Shown piece by piece: positions 49,421-59,427 of a stretch of 64,000 bases of DNA; positions within the stretch are counted from its first letter, which is position 1; every line of letters starts with the position of its first letter. This DNA is from Candidatus Latescibacterota bacterium (GTDB taxonomy: Bacteria > Latescibacterota > UBA2968 > UBA8231). Under the pieces are notes generated by a model. That model did not search any database and had not been told where the DNA came from. It saw nothing but the letters and a program-made list of their open reading frames with translations. Where the stretch lies: the NCBI GenBank assembly GCA_964291625.2, contig OZ220089.1:192001-256000 (forward strand), read 5' to 3'. Made by a program: the position numbers and the translations under genes.

Positions 49421-50619
49421 CCACCGCCTACTTCGACTGTCTCTCCGGCGTCAGCGGCGACATGGTCCTCGGCGCCGTGGTCGACGCGGGCCTCGAGCCG
49501 GACCGCTTGCAGCAGGAGGTCGACCGCCTCGCCGTGGGCGCGCGCCTGCGCTGCGAGAGCGTCAGCCGCTGCGGTCTGCGGGCCACCCGGGTGCGCGTGG
49601 AGATCGACGGCCAGGCGCCGGAGCAGGAGCACCATGTCGACCCCGGTCATCCACCGCACACCCACCTGAAGGATCTGCTCGCCCGAATCGACGGCAGCGC
49701 TCTCGCCGAGGCCGACAAGGCCTCGGCGCGCCGGGTCTTCCGCCGCCTGGCCGAGGCCGAGGCCGAGGTCCACGGCGTCGACGTGGAGTCCGTCGGCCTC
49801 CACGAGGCGGGCAGCCTCGACGCCGTCGTCGACATCGCCGGAGCCGTCGCCGGCCTGCGGCTCCTCGGGGTGACACGGGTGTACTCCTCCGCCCTGCACT
49901 GCGGGACCGGCACCGTGGAGTGCGCCCACGGACGCTACCCCCTTCCGGCGCCCGGCGTCCTCGCCCTGTGCCGGGGAGTTCCCCTGGTGCAGACCGATCT
50001 GCAGGCCGAGCTCGTAACCCCCACGGGAGCCGCCCTGATCACGACCCTGGCCGAAGGCTTCGGTCCGGCGCCGGCCATGCGTCTCGACACCGTCGGCTAC
50101 GGCGCCGGCGCCCGCGACCTTGAGCAGGCCCCCAACGTCCTGCGCCTCAGGCTGTCGGACCCGGCGGCGGCGGCCGGCGGGCAACGCTGCGTCGTGCTCG
50201 AGGCCAACGTTGACGACATGAACCCCGAGGTCTACGGCTACCTCTTCGAGCGCCTCCTCGAGGCCGGAGCCCGAGATCTCTACGTCACCCCGGTGCTGAT
50301 GAAGAAGAACCGCCCCGGCCACCTGCTCAGCGTCCTCGCCGACCCGGCCCACCTCGAGGCTGTCTCCGACGTCGTCCTCGGTGAGACCACCAGCCTCGGC
50401 GTGCGCCACTACGAGGTGGAACGCCGCGTGCTGGAGCGTTCCACCCTCTCGGTGGAGACCGAGTTCGGCCCGGTGCGCGTCAAGGTGGCCCGCCTGAACG
50501 GCCGGCGGCGGGTGGCCCCCGAGTACGAGGACTGCGCCGGACTGGCGCGGAGCCGCCGCGTCCCCATCCTCAGCGTGTACGGGGCCGCGGTCTCCGCCGC
50601 CTCGGAGGAACTCCCATGA
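49417..50619 (+). CDS. larC: Nickel pincer cofactor nickel insertase LarC
   Basis: YFDCLSGVSGDM, His-rich loop, AEAEVHG, ELVTPTGAA, EANVDDM, MKKNRPG, PEYEDC. Confidence 0.93.
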   Translation: MTTAYFDCLSGVSGDMVLGAVVDAGLEPDRLQQEVDRLAVGARLRCESVSRCGLRATRVRVEIDGQAPEQEHHVDPGHPPHTHLKDLLARIDGSALAEADKASARRVFRRLAEAEAEVHGVDVESVGLHEAGSLDAVVDIAGAVAGLRLLGVTRVYSSALHCGTGTVECAHGRYPLPAPGVLALCRGVPLVQTDLQAELVTPTGAALITTLAEGFGPAPAMRLDTVGYGAGARDLEQAPNVLRLRLSDPAAAAGGQRCVVLEANVDDMNPEVYGYLFERLLEAGARDLYVTPVLMKKNRPGHLLSVLADPAHLEAVSDVVLGETTSLGVRHYEVERRVLERSTLSVETEFGPVRVKVARLNGRRRVAPEYEDCAGLARSRRVPILSVYGAAVSAASEELP

Positions 50620-51389
50620 GAACCCTCGCCATCGCCATCACCCTCGGAGTGGCCTGTTGCCGGGCGGCGTCCGCATCGGCTCCCGAGCTCTCGGAGATCC
50701 CCGGCCGGGGCGCCTTCGACGAGTTCGACAGCGTCCTGCCCCTGCCCCCCGGCAAGGAGGGCGTGGAGCGCTTCGCCCTCGGCGACATCCACGGCTTCGT
50801 GCACGTCTACGAAGGCCGGGACGGCGCCTACGCCGAGGTCTGGATCAGCGAGTACCTGGAGAGTTCCGTCTCCGGACTGGTGCTGGCCGACGCCGACCTC
50901 GACGGCCTTCGGGAGATCCTCGTGTACACCGAAGGCGGGCGCATTCACCTCCTCGACCTCGGCGACTACCACTCCCTGTGGAGCAACCCGGCCACCGACT
51001 ACGAGCAGATCTCGGCGCTGGCCGTCCACGACGTCGACGACGACGAGCAGCCGGAGCTGCTCTTCGTGGCCGACGGACGGCTGGTCATCTACGACGGCCG
51101 CGACCGCTTCGAGGAGTGGCGCAGCGACCAGGACAACCTGACCTCCACCGACCTCCTCGTCGGGGACGTCGACGGCGACGGCGCCGACGAGATCGTCCTC
51201 AACGACGGCTTCGTCTTCGACGCCCGCTACCGCGACCTGGAGTGGCAGTCGCCGGAGAGCTTCGGCGAGCGCATCGGCCTCCTCGACGTCGACGACGACG
51301 AGATCCCGGAGGTGGTGGGCGAGTTCGGCGGCCGGTTCCTGCGCATCTTCGACATCGACCTGCGAAGGATGAAGTCCGCGCGCCAATGA
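50616..51389 (+). CDS. Exported FG-GAP-like repeat protein
   Basis: Signal peptide; four DxDxDx motifs (DADLDGLREI, DVDDDEQPEL, DVDGDGADEI, DVDDDEIPEV). Confidence 0.7.
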   Translation: MRTLAIAITLGVACCRAASASAPELSEIPGRGAFDEFDSVLPLPPGKEGVERFALGDIHGFVHVYEGRDGAYAEVWISEYLESSVSGLVLADADLDGLREILVYTEGGRIHLLDLGDYHSLWSNPATDYEQISALAVHDVDDDEQPELLFVADGRLVIYDGRDRFEEWRSDQDNLTSTDLLVGDVDGDGADEIVLNDGFVFDARYRDLEWQSPESFGERIGLLDVDDDEIPEVVGEFGGRFLRIFDIDLRRMKSARQ

Positions 51390-51431
51390 CCCGGAGCGCA
51401 CCCCCGACCACCTGGAAGAAGAGAGGAAGAA

Positions 51432-52424
51432 ATGGCAAGACCCGTTACCTTGTTCACCGGCCAGTGGGCCGACCTCGACACCCCGACCATGTGCGAGAAG
51501 GCGCGAAGCTTCGGTTACGACGGCCTCGAGCTGGCCTGCTGGGGAGACCACTTCGAGGTACCGAAAGCCGACGACGCCTACTGCGCCGCCCGCCGGGCCC
51601 TCCTCGAGGAGCACGACCTGCAGCTGTTCTCGATCTCCGCCCACCTCGTGGGCCAGGCCGTGTGCGACAACATCGACGGCCGCCACCAGGCGATCCTCCC
51701 GGAGTACGTGTGGGGCGACGGCGCCCCCGAGGGCGTGCGCCAGCGCGCCGCCGCCGAGCTGGTGGCCACGGCGCAGGCCGCCGCCCGACTCGGCGTGGAG
51801 GTGGTGAACGGCTTCACGGGCAGCTCCATCTGGCACCTGCTCTACTCCTTCCCCCCGAGCTCCGACGAGATGATCGACGCCGGCTTCGCCGACTTCGCCA
51901 ACCGCTTCCGGCCCATCCTCGACGAGTTCCAGGAGGCGGGCGTCAAGTTCGCCCTTGAGGTCCACCCCACCGAGATCGCCTTCGACATCGCCTCGGCGGA
52001 GCGCGCCGTCGACGCCCTCGACGGCCATCCCGCCTTCGGCTTCAACTACGATCCCAGCCACCTCGGCTACCAGGGGGTCGACTACGTGGAGTTCATCCAC
52101 CGCTTCGCCGACCGCATCTTCCACGTGCACATGAAGGACGTGGGCTGGTCGGCGATCCCCACCGAGGCCGGCGTCTTCGGCGGCCACACCGCCTTCGGAG
52201 ACCGGCGCCGCTACTGGGACTTCCGCTCCCTCGGCCGCGGCAACATCGACTTCGAGGAGATCATCCGCGCCCTCAACCGCATCCGCTACGACGGCCCCCT
52301 GTCGGTGGAGTGGGAGGACGGCGGCATGGACCGGGAGCACGGGGCCGCCGAGGCCTGCGCCTTCGTCAAGGAGGTCGACTTCGAGCCCTCGGAGGCCGCC
52401 TTCGACGCGGCCTTCTCGGAGTAG
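51432..52424 (+). CDS. Sugar phosphate isomerase/epimerase (AP_endonuc_2 TIM barrel, IolE-like)
   Basis: [48 protein letters not shown]. Confidence 0.9.
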   Translation: MARPVTLFTGQWADLDTPTMCEKARSFGYDGLELACWGDHFEVPKADDAYCAARRALLEEHDLQLFSISAHLVGQAVCDNIDGRHQAILPEYVWGDGAPEGVRQRAAAELVATAQAAARLGVEVVNGFTGSSIWHLLYSFPPSSDEMIDAGFADFANRFRPILDEFQEAGVKFALEVHPTEIAFDIASAERAVDALDGHPAFGFNYDPSHLGYQGVDYVEFIHRFADRIFHVHMKDVGWSAIPTEAGVFGGHTAFGDRRRYWDFRSLGRGNIDFEEIIRALNRIRYDGPLSVEWEDGGMDREHGAAEACAFVKEVDFEPSEAAFDAAFSE

Positions 52425-52429
52425 TCCCC

Positions 52430-54010
52430 GTGTCCCTTGCGCGCCTGGCCGGCGCCCTCTGCGCCTTCCTGATGGTGGCCGCCTGCGGCGGCGGCCCGGC
52501 CCCCGAGGCGCAGCGGGTGCTGGTCTTCGGACGCGGCGCCGACTCCGTCGGCCTCGACCCGGCCCTGGAGAACGACGGCGAGTCCTTCAAGGTCTGCGAC
52601 AACCTCTACGAGACCCTGGTCACCTACGAGTCGGAGTCGACCCAGGTACTCCCTCAGCTGGCCCGCCGCTGGGAGGTCAGCGAGGACGGGCTGCGCTGGA
52701 CCTTCCACCTGCGCACGGACGTGCGCTTCCACGACGGCACGCCCTTCACCGCCCAGGCGGTTCTGTTCTCCCTCGGCCGCCAGTTCTTTCCCGACCATCC
52801 CCGGTACCGGCCCGCCGCCGGCAACTACAAGTACTGGAAGGACATGGGCATGGACGACATCGTCGCCCACATGTCCGCCCCGGACGACTCGACCTTCGTC
52901 ATGGAGCTGGCCGCCGCCAACGCCCCCTTCCTGTCGACCCTGGGCATGAACTTCTGCGGCATCGTCTCGCCGGCGGCGGTGGAGCGGCACGGCGCCGACT
53001 ACTTCAAGAACCCGGTGGGCACCGGCCCCTTCCGTTTCGTCGAGTGGCGCAAGGACGAGCGCATCGTCCTCGAGCGCTTCGACGGCTACTGGGGTGAGGC
53101 TCCGCGGATCGACCGCCTCGTCTTCAAGTACATCCAGGACGCCTCGGTGCGCTTCCTCGAGTTGCGCGCCGGCGACGTCCACGGCGTCGACAACCTCAAC
53201 CCGGAGTTCATCGAGAGCATCCGCTCCGACCCGGAGATCCAGCTCCTCACCCAGCCCGGGATGAACGTGGGCTACCTGGCGATGAACCTCGACAAGGAGC
53301 CCTTCGGCGACCTCCGGGTCCGCCGCGCCGTCAACCACGCGGTGAACAAGCAGTCCCTCGTGGACAACTTCTACGCCGGACTGGCGGTGCCCGCCAAGAA
53401 CCCGATCCCGCCCGTCATGTGGAGCTACAACGACGACGTGGCCGCCTACGAGTACGACCCGGAGCGCGCCAGGGAGCTGCTGGCCGAAGCCGGACTGGCC
53501 GACGGCTTCTCCGCCGAGCTGTGGGTGCCCCTGGCGACGCGGCCGTACATGCCGCAGCCGGAGAAGATCGCCCAGGCCCTGCAGGCCGACCTTGGCCGCG
53601 TCGGCATCGAGGTGGAGCTGGTGACCACCGAGTGGGCCACCTACCTCGACAAGGTCTTCGACGGGCAGCACGACATGTGTCTGCTGGGATGGACGGGCGA
53701 CAACGGCGATCCCGACAACTTCCTCTACGTCCTGCTGGACAAGACGGCGGCCGTGAAGCCGGCCCAGAACGTGGCCTTCTACCGCTCCGACGAGCTCCAC
53801 GAGGTGCTCGTCGAGGCCCGCCACAGCGTCGACCCCGCCGAGCGCACCCGGCTCTACCGCCAGGCCCAGGAGATCGTCCACCGGGACGCGCCGTGGGTGC
53901 CGCTGGTGCACGCCACGCAGACAGCGGCCTTCCGCCGCGACGTGGGCGGCTTCGCCCTGCACCCCACCGGCAGCAAGTGGTTCCAGCCCGTCTACTTCGC
54001 GCCGCGGTGA
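52430..54010 (+). CDS. dppA: Dipeptide ABC transporter substrate-binding lipoprotein
   Basis: Lipobox VAAC; PVGTGPF, RPYMPQPEKIA, GWTGDNGDPDNF. Confidence 0.92.
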   Translation: MSLARLAGALCAFLMVAACGGGPAPEAQRVLVFGRGADSVGLDPALENDGESFKVCDNLYETLVTYESESTQVLPQLARRWEVSEDGLRWTFHLRTDVRFHDGTPFTAQAVLFSLGRQFFPDHPRYRPAAGNYKYWKDMGMDDIVAHMSAPDDSTFVMELAAANAPFLSTLGMNFCGIVSPAAVERHGADYFKNPVGTGPFRFVEWRKDERIVLERFDGYWGEAPRIDRLVFKYIQDASVRFLELRAGDVHGVDNLNPEFIESIRSDPEIQLLTQPGMNVGYLAMNLDKEPFGDLRVRRAVNHAVNKQSLVDNFYAGLAVPAKNPIPPVMWSYNDDVAAYEYDPERARELLAEAGLADGFSAELWVPLATRPYMPQPEKIAQALQADLGRVGIEVELVTTEWATYLDKVFDGQHDMCLLGWTGDNGDPDNFLYVLLDKTAAVKPAQNVAFYRSDELHEVLVEARHSVDPAERTRLYRQAQEIVHRDAPWVPLVHATQTAAFRRDVGGFALHPTGSKWFQPVYFAPR

Positions 54011-54060
54011 GCCGCCCGCCGGCCGCCGCCGGCCCCCTCCGCTGAAAGCCCCGCCGGGCC

Positions 54061-55065
54061 GTGACCGCCTTCATCCTCCGGCGCCTGACGCTCCTGGTCC
54101 CGACGGTGCTCGGGATCTCGGTCCTCGTCTTCCTGATGATCTACCTGGTGCCGGGGGACCCCGCCCAGGTGATGCTCGGCGAGCGCGCCAACGCCGAGAC
54201 CCTGGCCGCCCTGCGCCAGGAGCTGGGCCTCGACCAGCCCTTCCACGTGCAGCTCGGCCGGTTCTTCGCCGATCTGATGCGCGGCGATCTTGGGAGGTCC
54301 TTCCGCACACACGAGCTGATCACGGTGGAGATCTTCGACCGCTTCCCGGCGACCTGCGAGCTGACCCTGGCGGCGATGTGCTTCGCCATCACCGGCGGTC
54401 TCGCTCTCGGCATGGTGGCCGCCGTGCGCCGCGGCGGCTTCCTCGACCACCTGAGCATGACCGCGGCCACCGCCGGGATCTCCATGCCCGTGTTCTGGCT
54501 GGCCCTCGTCCTCATCCTGCTGCTGGCCGTGCAGCTGCCCCTGTTCCCCATCTCCGGCCGTATCTCCGCCCACACCTACATCGAGGCGCGCACCGGGTTC
54601 TACATCCTCGACGCGCTCCTCGCAGGCGACCCGGCGGCCCTCGGCGACGCCTTGCGCCACCTCGTGCTGCCGGCGCTGGCCCTGGGGACGATCCCCTTGG
54701 CCGTGATCGCCCGCATGACCCGCTCCAGTCTGCTGGAGGTGCTGGGCGAGGACTACATCCGCACGGCCCGCGCCAAGGGCCTGGCGCCGATGCCGGTGCT
54801 GGTGCGCCACGCCCTGCGCAACGCCTTCATTCCCACCTTGACGGTGATCGCCCTGGAGTTCGGCTACCTTCTCGGCGGCGCCATCATCACCGAGACGATC
54901 TTCGCCTGGCCCGGCATCGGCCGCTGGCTCTACCTGGCGGTCCTGGCCCGGGACTTCCGCGCGGTGCAGGGTGGAGTGCTGCTGCTGGCGACCCTCTTCA
55001 TCCTCATCAACCTCGCCGCCGACGTGCTCTACGCCTGGCTCGACCCGCGAATCCGCTATGACTGA
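54061..55065 (+). CDS. dppB: Dipeptide ABC transporter permease
   Basis: PGDPA, GDLGRS, SMPVFWL, EDYIRTARAKGL, TETIFAWPGIG, LDPRIR. Confidence 0.93.
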   Translation: MTAFILRRLTLLVPTVLGISVLVFLMIYLVPGDPAQVMLGERANAETLAALRQELGLDQPFHVQLGRFFADLMRGDLGRSFRTHELITVEIFDRFPATCELTLAAMCFAITGGLALGMVAAVRRGGFLDHLSMTAATAGISMPVFWLALVLILLLAVQLPLFPISGRISAHTYIEARTGFYILDALLAGDPAALGDALRHLVLPALALGTIPLAVIARMTRSSLLEVLGEDYIRTARAKGLAPMPVLVRHALRNAFIPTLTVIALEFGYLLGGAIITETIFAWPGIGRWLYLAVLARDFRAVQGGVLLLATLFILINLAADVLYAWLDPRIRYD

Positions 55066-56287
55066 GACGAGGGAAATACGGGTCGGCGTCGTCGGGGTGC
55101 GGCGCGGAGAGAGCTTCATCAAGGGAGCGACCGACGCCGTGGGCATGAGGCTGACGGCGGTCTGCGACATCTGGGAGGAACGCCTGGCGGCGGCGGGGCG
55201 CAACTACGGAGTGGCCACCTTCACCGACTACGACGCCTTCCTCGACAGCGGCCTGGACGCCGTCATCCTGGCCAACTACTTCCACGAGCACGCCCCCTTC
55301 GCGGTGCGGGCCCTGGAGGCCGGCAAGCACGTCCTCTCCGAGACGGCGGCCAACGGCACCCTCGCCGACGGCGTCGCCCTCTGCCGCGCGGTGGAACGGT
55401 CGGGATGCGTCTACATGCTCGCCGAGAACTACTGCTACACCCTCTTCAGCCAGGAGATGCGCAGGCTCTACCAGACCGGGGAGATCGGCCGGGTGACCTA
55501 CGCCGAGGGCGAGTACAACCACCCCATGGCCCCGGAGGCGCGCCTGCGCCTGGCCCCCGGCGAGGACCACTGGCGCAACCGGATCCCCTCCACCTACTAC
55601 TGCACCCACGCCCTGGCGCCGCTGGTCTACATCACCGGCTCCATGCCCCGCATGGTGAACGGCCTCTCCATCGCCGCCCCCGAGGTCAACGAGGAGATCG
55701 TGCGCCGGGGGGACCCCGGCTCGGTGATCCTGTGCCGCACCGACGACGGCGCCGTGTTCCGCATCTTCGGGCTGAGCCTGCCCGGCCACAGCAACTGGTA
55801 CCGCGTCCACGGCACGAAGGGGGCCATGGAGATCGCCCGCGGGCCGGGTTACTTCGGACCGGGCCATGTGCGGGTGTGGCACGAGCCCTGGAACGAGTGG
55901 CCCGGCCAGCCCCTGGAACGCTCGTATCTGCCCGAGTGGCCTGAGCACGCCGAGCTGGCCGAACGGGCCGGTCACGGCGGCGGCGACTTCTGGACCAATT
56001 TCCACTTCGCCCGGGCCATCCGCTCGGGGGAGGCCCCCTTCCTCGACGTGTACCGCGCGGTGGCCATGAGCTCCGTCGGCATCCTCGCCTGGCGGAGCGC
56101 GCTGCAGGAGGGGCAACCGGTGCAGGTCCCGGACTTCCGCGACGAAACGCAGAGGGCCCCCCTCGAGGACGACACCTGGTCGCCCTGGCCGGGAGGGGAC
56201 CCGCAGGCCCCTTCGAGCATCCACCCATCCCGGGAGCCGAGCGCCGAGGCCCTGGAGCGCGCCCGGCGGATCTGGACAGAGTTGTGA
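55058..56287 (+). CDS. Gfo/Idh/MocA family oxidoreductase
   Basis: VGVVGVRRG, GKHVLSE, YMLAENY, EGEYNH, YCTH, GHGGGDF. Confidence 0.88.
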   Translation: MTETREIRVGVVGVRRGESFIKGATDAVGMRLTAVCDIWEERLAAAGRNYGVATFTDYDAFLDSGLDAVILANYFHEHAPFAVRALEAGKHVLSETAANGTLADGVALCRAVERSGCVYMLAENYCYTLFSQEMRRLYQTGEIGRVTYAEGEYNHPMAPEARLRLAPGEDHWRNRIPSTYYCTHALAPLVYITGSMPRMVNGLSIAAPEVNEEIVRRGDPGSVILCRTDDGAVFRIFGLSLPGHSNWYRVHGTKGAMEIARGPGYFGPGHVRVWHEPWNEWPGQPLERSYLPEWPEHAELAERAGHGGGDFWTNFHFARAIRSGEAPFLDVYRAVAMSSVGILAWRSALQEGQPVQVPDFRDETQRAPLEDDTWSPWPGGDPQAPSSIHPSREPSAEALERARRIWTEL

Positions 56288-56364
56288 TGCAGCGATGGCC
56301 GCTTGACCATCTGTCGGCGGCTCCCGTACTTGCACGTTTCCCTCGACCCGCGGACAACACGACG

Positions 56365-57060
56365 ATGGAACCTGAACTGACCCCGGAAGAGTTGCGGATC
56401 CTCGGTGCCCTGATCGAGAAGGGGATCACGACACCGGACTACTACCCCATGACCCTGAACGCCCTGACGGCGGCCTGCAACCAGAAGTCCAACCGCGACC
56501 CGGTGCTCGAGTACGGCGAGAAGACCGTCGTGCGCGCCCTGGACTCGCTGCGCGAAAAGGGGCTGGTGCGCGTCGTCAGCGGCCCCGACATGAGGGTGCC
56601 CAAGTACTATCACCGCTTCACCGAGGTCCGGGAGTTCTCCCCTCCCGGTGTGGCGGTGCTCTGCGAGCTGATGCTGCGGGGGCCGCAGACGCCCGGCGAG
56701 TTGCGCAGCCGCGGCAGCCGGATGCACCCCTTCGAGAGCCTCGCCGAGGTCGAGGCCGTGCTCGAGTCCCTGATGGAGCGGCCGGCGGGGCCTGCCGTCC
56801 TCCGCCTGCCGCGGCAGCCCGGGTTCAAGGAGTCCCGCTTCGCCCACCTCCTCGGCGCTCCACCCGCGATCGAGGAGCCCTCCGCGGACGGGCCCGACGG
56901 GGCCGGTGATTCCGGCGGACCACGGCCGGAGGCCGCCCGCCTGGCCGCGGCGGCCGAGGACGAGAGGCTCGAGCGCCTCGAGGCCGCCGTCGCCGGCATC
57001 GTCGAGGAGATCGCCTCCCTGCGCTCGGAGTTGAAGGAGTTCCGGGGCCAGTTCGAATAG
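56365..57060 (+). CDS. YceH/DUF480 family protein
   Basis: RILGALIEK..TTPDYYPMTLNAL..ACNQKSNRDPV, LRGPQTPGELRSR, ESRFAHL. Confidence 0.92.
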   Translation: MEPELTPEELRILGALIEKGITTPDYYPMTLNALTAACNQKSNRDPVLEYGEKTVVRALDSLREKGLVRVVSGPDMRVPKYYHRFTEVREFSPPGVAVLCELMLRGPQTPGELRSRGSRMHPFESLAEVEAVLESLMERPAGPAVLRLPRQPGFKESRFAHLLGAPPAIEEPSADGPDGAGDSGGPRPEAARLAAAAEDERLERLEAAVAGIVEEIASLRSELKEFRGQFE

Positions 57061-57071
57061 GGTTGCGGCGG

Positions 57072-57932
57072 ATGACCAGTTCCTCGAAAGGCCCCATCAC
57101 CGACGCCATGCCGGAGGTCGACCGGGAGCTCCGGTTCCACCCCGTCCACCACGACCGGCCCCGATGCCTGACCCCCGGGCAGTTGCGGCAGTTCGACGAG
57201 CTGGGATACATCTTCCCCCTGCGCGTCTTCACCCCCGCCGAGGCCGAGGCCAACCGCGCCTACTTCGACGACTTGATGGACCGCGCCGCCGCCGCGGGCT
57301 GGGACGCGTACTCCATCAACGGCTGGCAGCGCCACTGCGCCGGCATGTGGGACCTGTGCGCGGAGCCGCGCATCCTCGACTACGTGCAGGACCTCCTCGG
57401 CGAGGACCTGGTCTGCTGGGGGGCGCACTTCTTCTGCAAGCAGCCCGGGGACGAGCGCCGGGTCAGCTGGCACCAGGACGCCTCGTACTGGCCCCTGACG
57501 CCGAGCCGGACCGTCACCGTGTGGCTGGCCATCGACGACGCCGACGAGGAGAACGGCGCCATGACCGTGGTGCCGCGTTCCCACCTGCACGGCCAGATCC
57601 CCTTCGCGCGCAGCGAGGCCGGAGAGCGCAACGTGCTCAACCAGACCGTCCTCGATCCCCGCCGCTACGGCGGCGACCCCGTGTCCTTCGTCATGAAGGC
57701 GGGGCAGATCTCCCTGCACACCGACCTGCTGCTCCACGGCTCGAACCCGAACCTCTCCGACCGCCGGCGCTGCGGACTGACCATTCGCTTCGTGCCCCCC
57801 GAGGTGCGCGCCCACAAGGGCTGGAACCGCGGGGCCATCATCTGCCGCGGAGCGGACCCCAGCGGCCACTGGCACCATCACCCGCGGCCCGAGGGCGAGG
57901 TGATACCGGGCAGCGGGGATGGGGCGGGATGA
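57072..57932 (+). CDS. Phytanoyl-CoA dioxygenase family Fe(II)/2OG enzyme
   Basis: FFCK, WHQDASYW, VWLAIDD..ENG..VPRSH, HGS.PN.SDRRR. Confidence 0.9.
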   Translation: MTSSSKGPITDAMPEVDRELRFHPVHHDRPRCLTPGQLRQFDELGYIFPLRVFTPAEAEANRAYFDDLMDRAAAAGWDAYSINGWQRHCAGMWDLCAEPRILDYVQDLLGEDLVCWGAHFFCKQPGDERRVSWHQDASYWPLTPSRTVTVWLAIDDADEENGAMTVVPRSHLHGQIPFARSEAGERNVLNQTVLDPRRYGGDPVSFVMKAGQISLHTDLLLHGSNPNLSDRRRCGLTIRFVPPEVRAHKGWNRGAIICRGADPSGHWHHHPRPEGEVIPGSGDGAG

Positions 57933-58039
57933 GGTCCGGGGGCGACGGCCGATACCTGCAAACCGTTACACCGAACTGTCGCGCTCCGGGGCTACATTCC
58001 AGGGCCCATGAGCGCTGGAAACCACGGAGTCGCGAATAT

Positions 58040-58579
58040 GTGAAGATCCTGGCGGCGAGCATCATCCTGGCGGCGGCGGGGATGACCGCCTGCGGCGGTA
58101 ACGGGGGGCCTGCGGGGCCTGAGGCAGACCTCGCCGGCACCTGGATCTTCGAGGGGACGGATCTCGTCGAGGTCCTCGCCCCGCGTTTCATGGAGCACGC
58201 CGTCGAGCAGGGGATGAGCACCCCGGACGCCCAGGCGATCGTCGACGAGGCCTTCGCCAACGCCGAGGAGGGTTTCCAGTCCTGGCACTCCACGCTTCGC
58301 TTCGATGGGGACGGGACGTGGAAGGACGACCGGGGCCAGAGGGGTACCTGGCGCATCGAGGGCGGCGTGCTGATCTCCACCGATGAGCATGGCCTCATCG
58401 AGCGCTGGGAGTACATCCTGGACGACCACGACCTGACGCTGATGCTCACGAAGGAGAGTCTGCTGTCCCTCTCGAGACAGGTGGACGACTCCGACGCCCG
58501 GAAGGCCGCGTACGAGTTCTACAGCGGGCTTCTTGCGGACGACGACGTCCTGAGGTTCTTCTACAAGCGGAAACCCTGA
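58040..58579 (+). CDS. Hypothetical lipoprotein (possibly lipocalin-like)
   Basis: GTG start, lipobox MTAC, LAGTW, FDGDGTW..GTWRIEG. Confidence 0.6.
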   Translation: MKILAASIILAAAGMTACGGNGGPAGPEADLAGTWIFEGTDLVEVLAPRFMEHAVEQGMSTPDAQAIVDEAFANAEEGFQSWHSTLRFDGDGTWKDDRGQRGTWRIEGGVLISTDEHGLIERWEYILDDHDLTLMLTKESLLSLSRQVDDSDARKAAYEFYSGLLADDDVLRFFYKRKP

Positions 58580-58599
58580 CGGAAAGGACGATCGACCCG

Positions 58600-59244
58600 A
58601 TGAGGAAGCACCTTCCGTGCTGGATCGCGGCGCTCTCCCTGGCTCTGCTCTCGCCGGCGGCGGCGCAGGCCCAGGACGACCTGACCGAGGTCCCGCTGGT
58701 GCCCCTGCCCGAGGGCATGACCTGGGAGGAGTACCGCGACATGAACCGCCGCCTCTCGGTCGGCCTGGCCCTGAGCGCCATCCCGGTGCCGGGGATGATG
58801 CACTTCTACGCGGGCGAGCCCCGGACGGGCCGGCGGCTGCTGACGACCGGCCTGTTGGGGGCTGCCTCGATCGTGGCGGGCCTGGCCCTGCTCGGGGATG
58901 GCGACTTCCCCGAGACCGACTTCGAGGTCCTGGTGCTCAACCCCGGGGACGAGGACCGCGAGCGCCGGTACGAGAAGATCCCGGTGGAGATCGACGGCTC
59001 CAGGGTCCATTACCGCCTTCGCGAGCAGGAGCGCGAGCCCGGCCTGCTGCCGGGCGCCCTGATCCTGCTCGGCGGGCTCACCCTGGCGGTGGACTACCTC
59101 TACGACTTCGTCCACGGGATCCGGGTGATCGAGGAGAAGCGGGACCGGGTGCGGTTCAAGTACGGCAAGGCTCTCCGCTTGCACCTGGGGGCTCTAAAGG
59201 GGTCCGCAACGGGGGGACAGGTGGCCCTGAGCTACTCCTTCTGA
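58600..59244 (+). CDS. Hypothetical exported/membrane protein
   Basis: Signal peptide, PVPGMMHFYAGE, two TM segments, ends LSYSF. Confidence 0.65.
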   Translation: MRKHLPCWIAALSLALLSPAAAQAQDDLTEVPLVPLPEGMTWEEYRDMNRRLSVGLALSAIPVPGMMHFYAGEPRTGRRLLTTGLLGAASIVAGLALLGDGDFPETDFEVLVLNPGDEDRERRYEKIPVEIDGSRVHYRLREQEREPGLLPGALILLGGLTLAVDYLYDFVHGIRVIEEKRDRVRFKYGKALRLHLGALKGSATGGQVALSYSF

Positions 59245-59245
59245 G

Positions 59246-59400
59246 ATGGAGGTCGCCGACCGCGTCGAGGCGCTGAGCGGCGTCGATCGGGCCGTCGGGC
59301 GCGGCGGTTGGCCTCCCTCGTCGGGCCCTGCGGCTGCGGCCAGTCCACCCTGAGGCGGTGGCCGCCTCAAGAAGCCCATCCGAGCGGGCGCCAGGCTCGC
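59246..59400 (+). pseudogene. Decayed remnant of an ABC transporter ATPase N-terminus (TauB/SsuB-like)
   Basis: VEALSGVDRAVGRG, then after a frameshift LASLVGPCGCGQSTL (degenerate Walker A), then LKKP in another frame. Confidence 0.6.
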
Positions 59401-59427
59401 CCGGGCGGAGACTCCAGCCGGGCCGGC

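Noticed and set aside
49417-50619. Programmed frameshift in larC as known in some lactobacilli
   Set aside because: The ORF is continuous here
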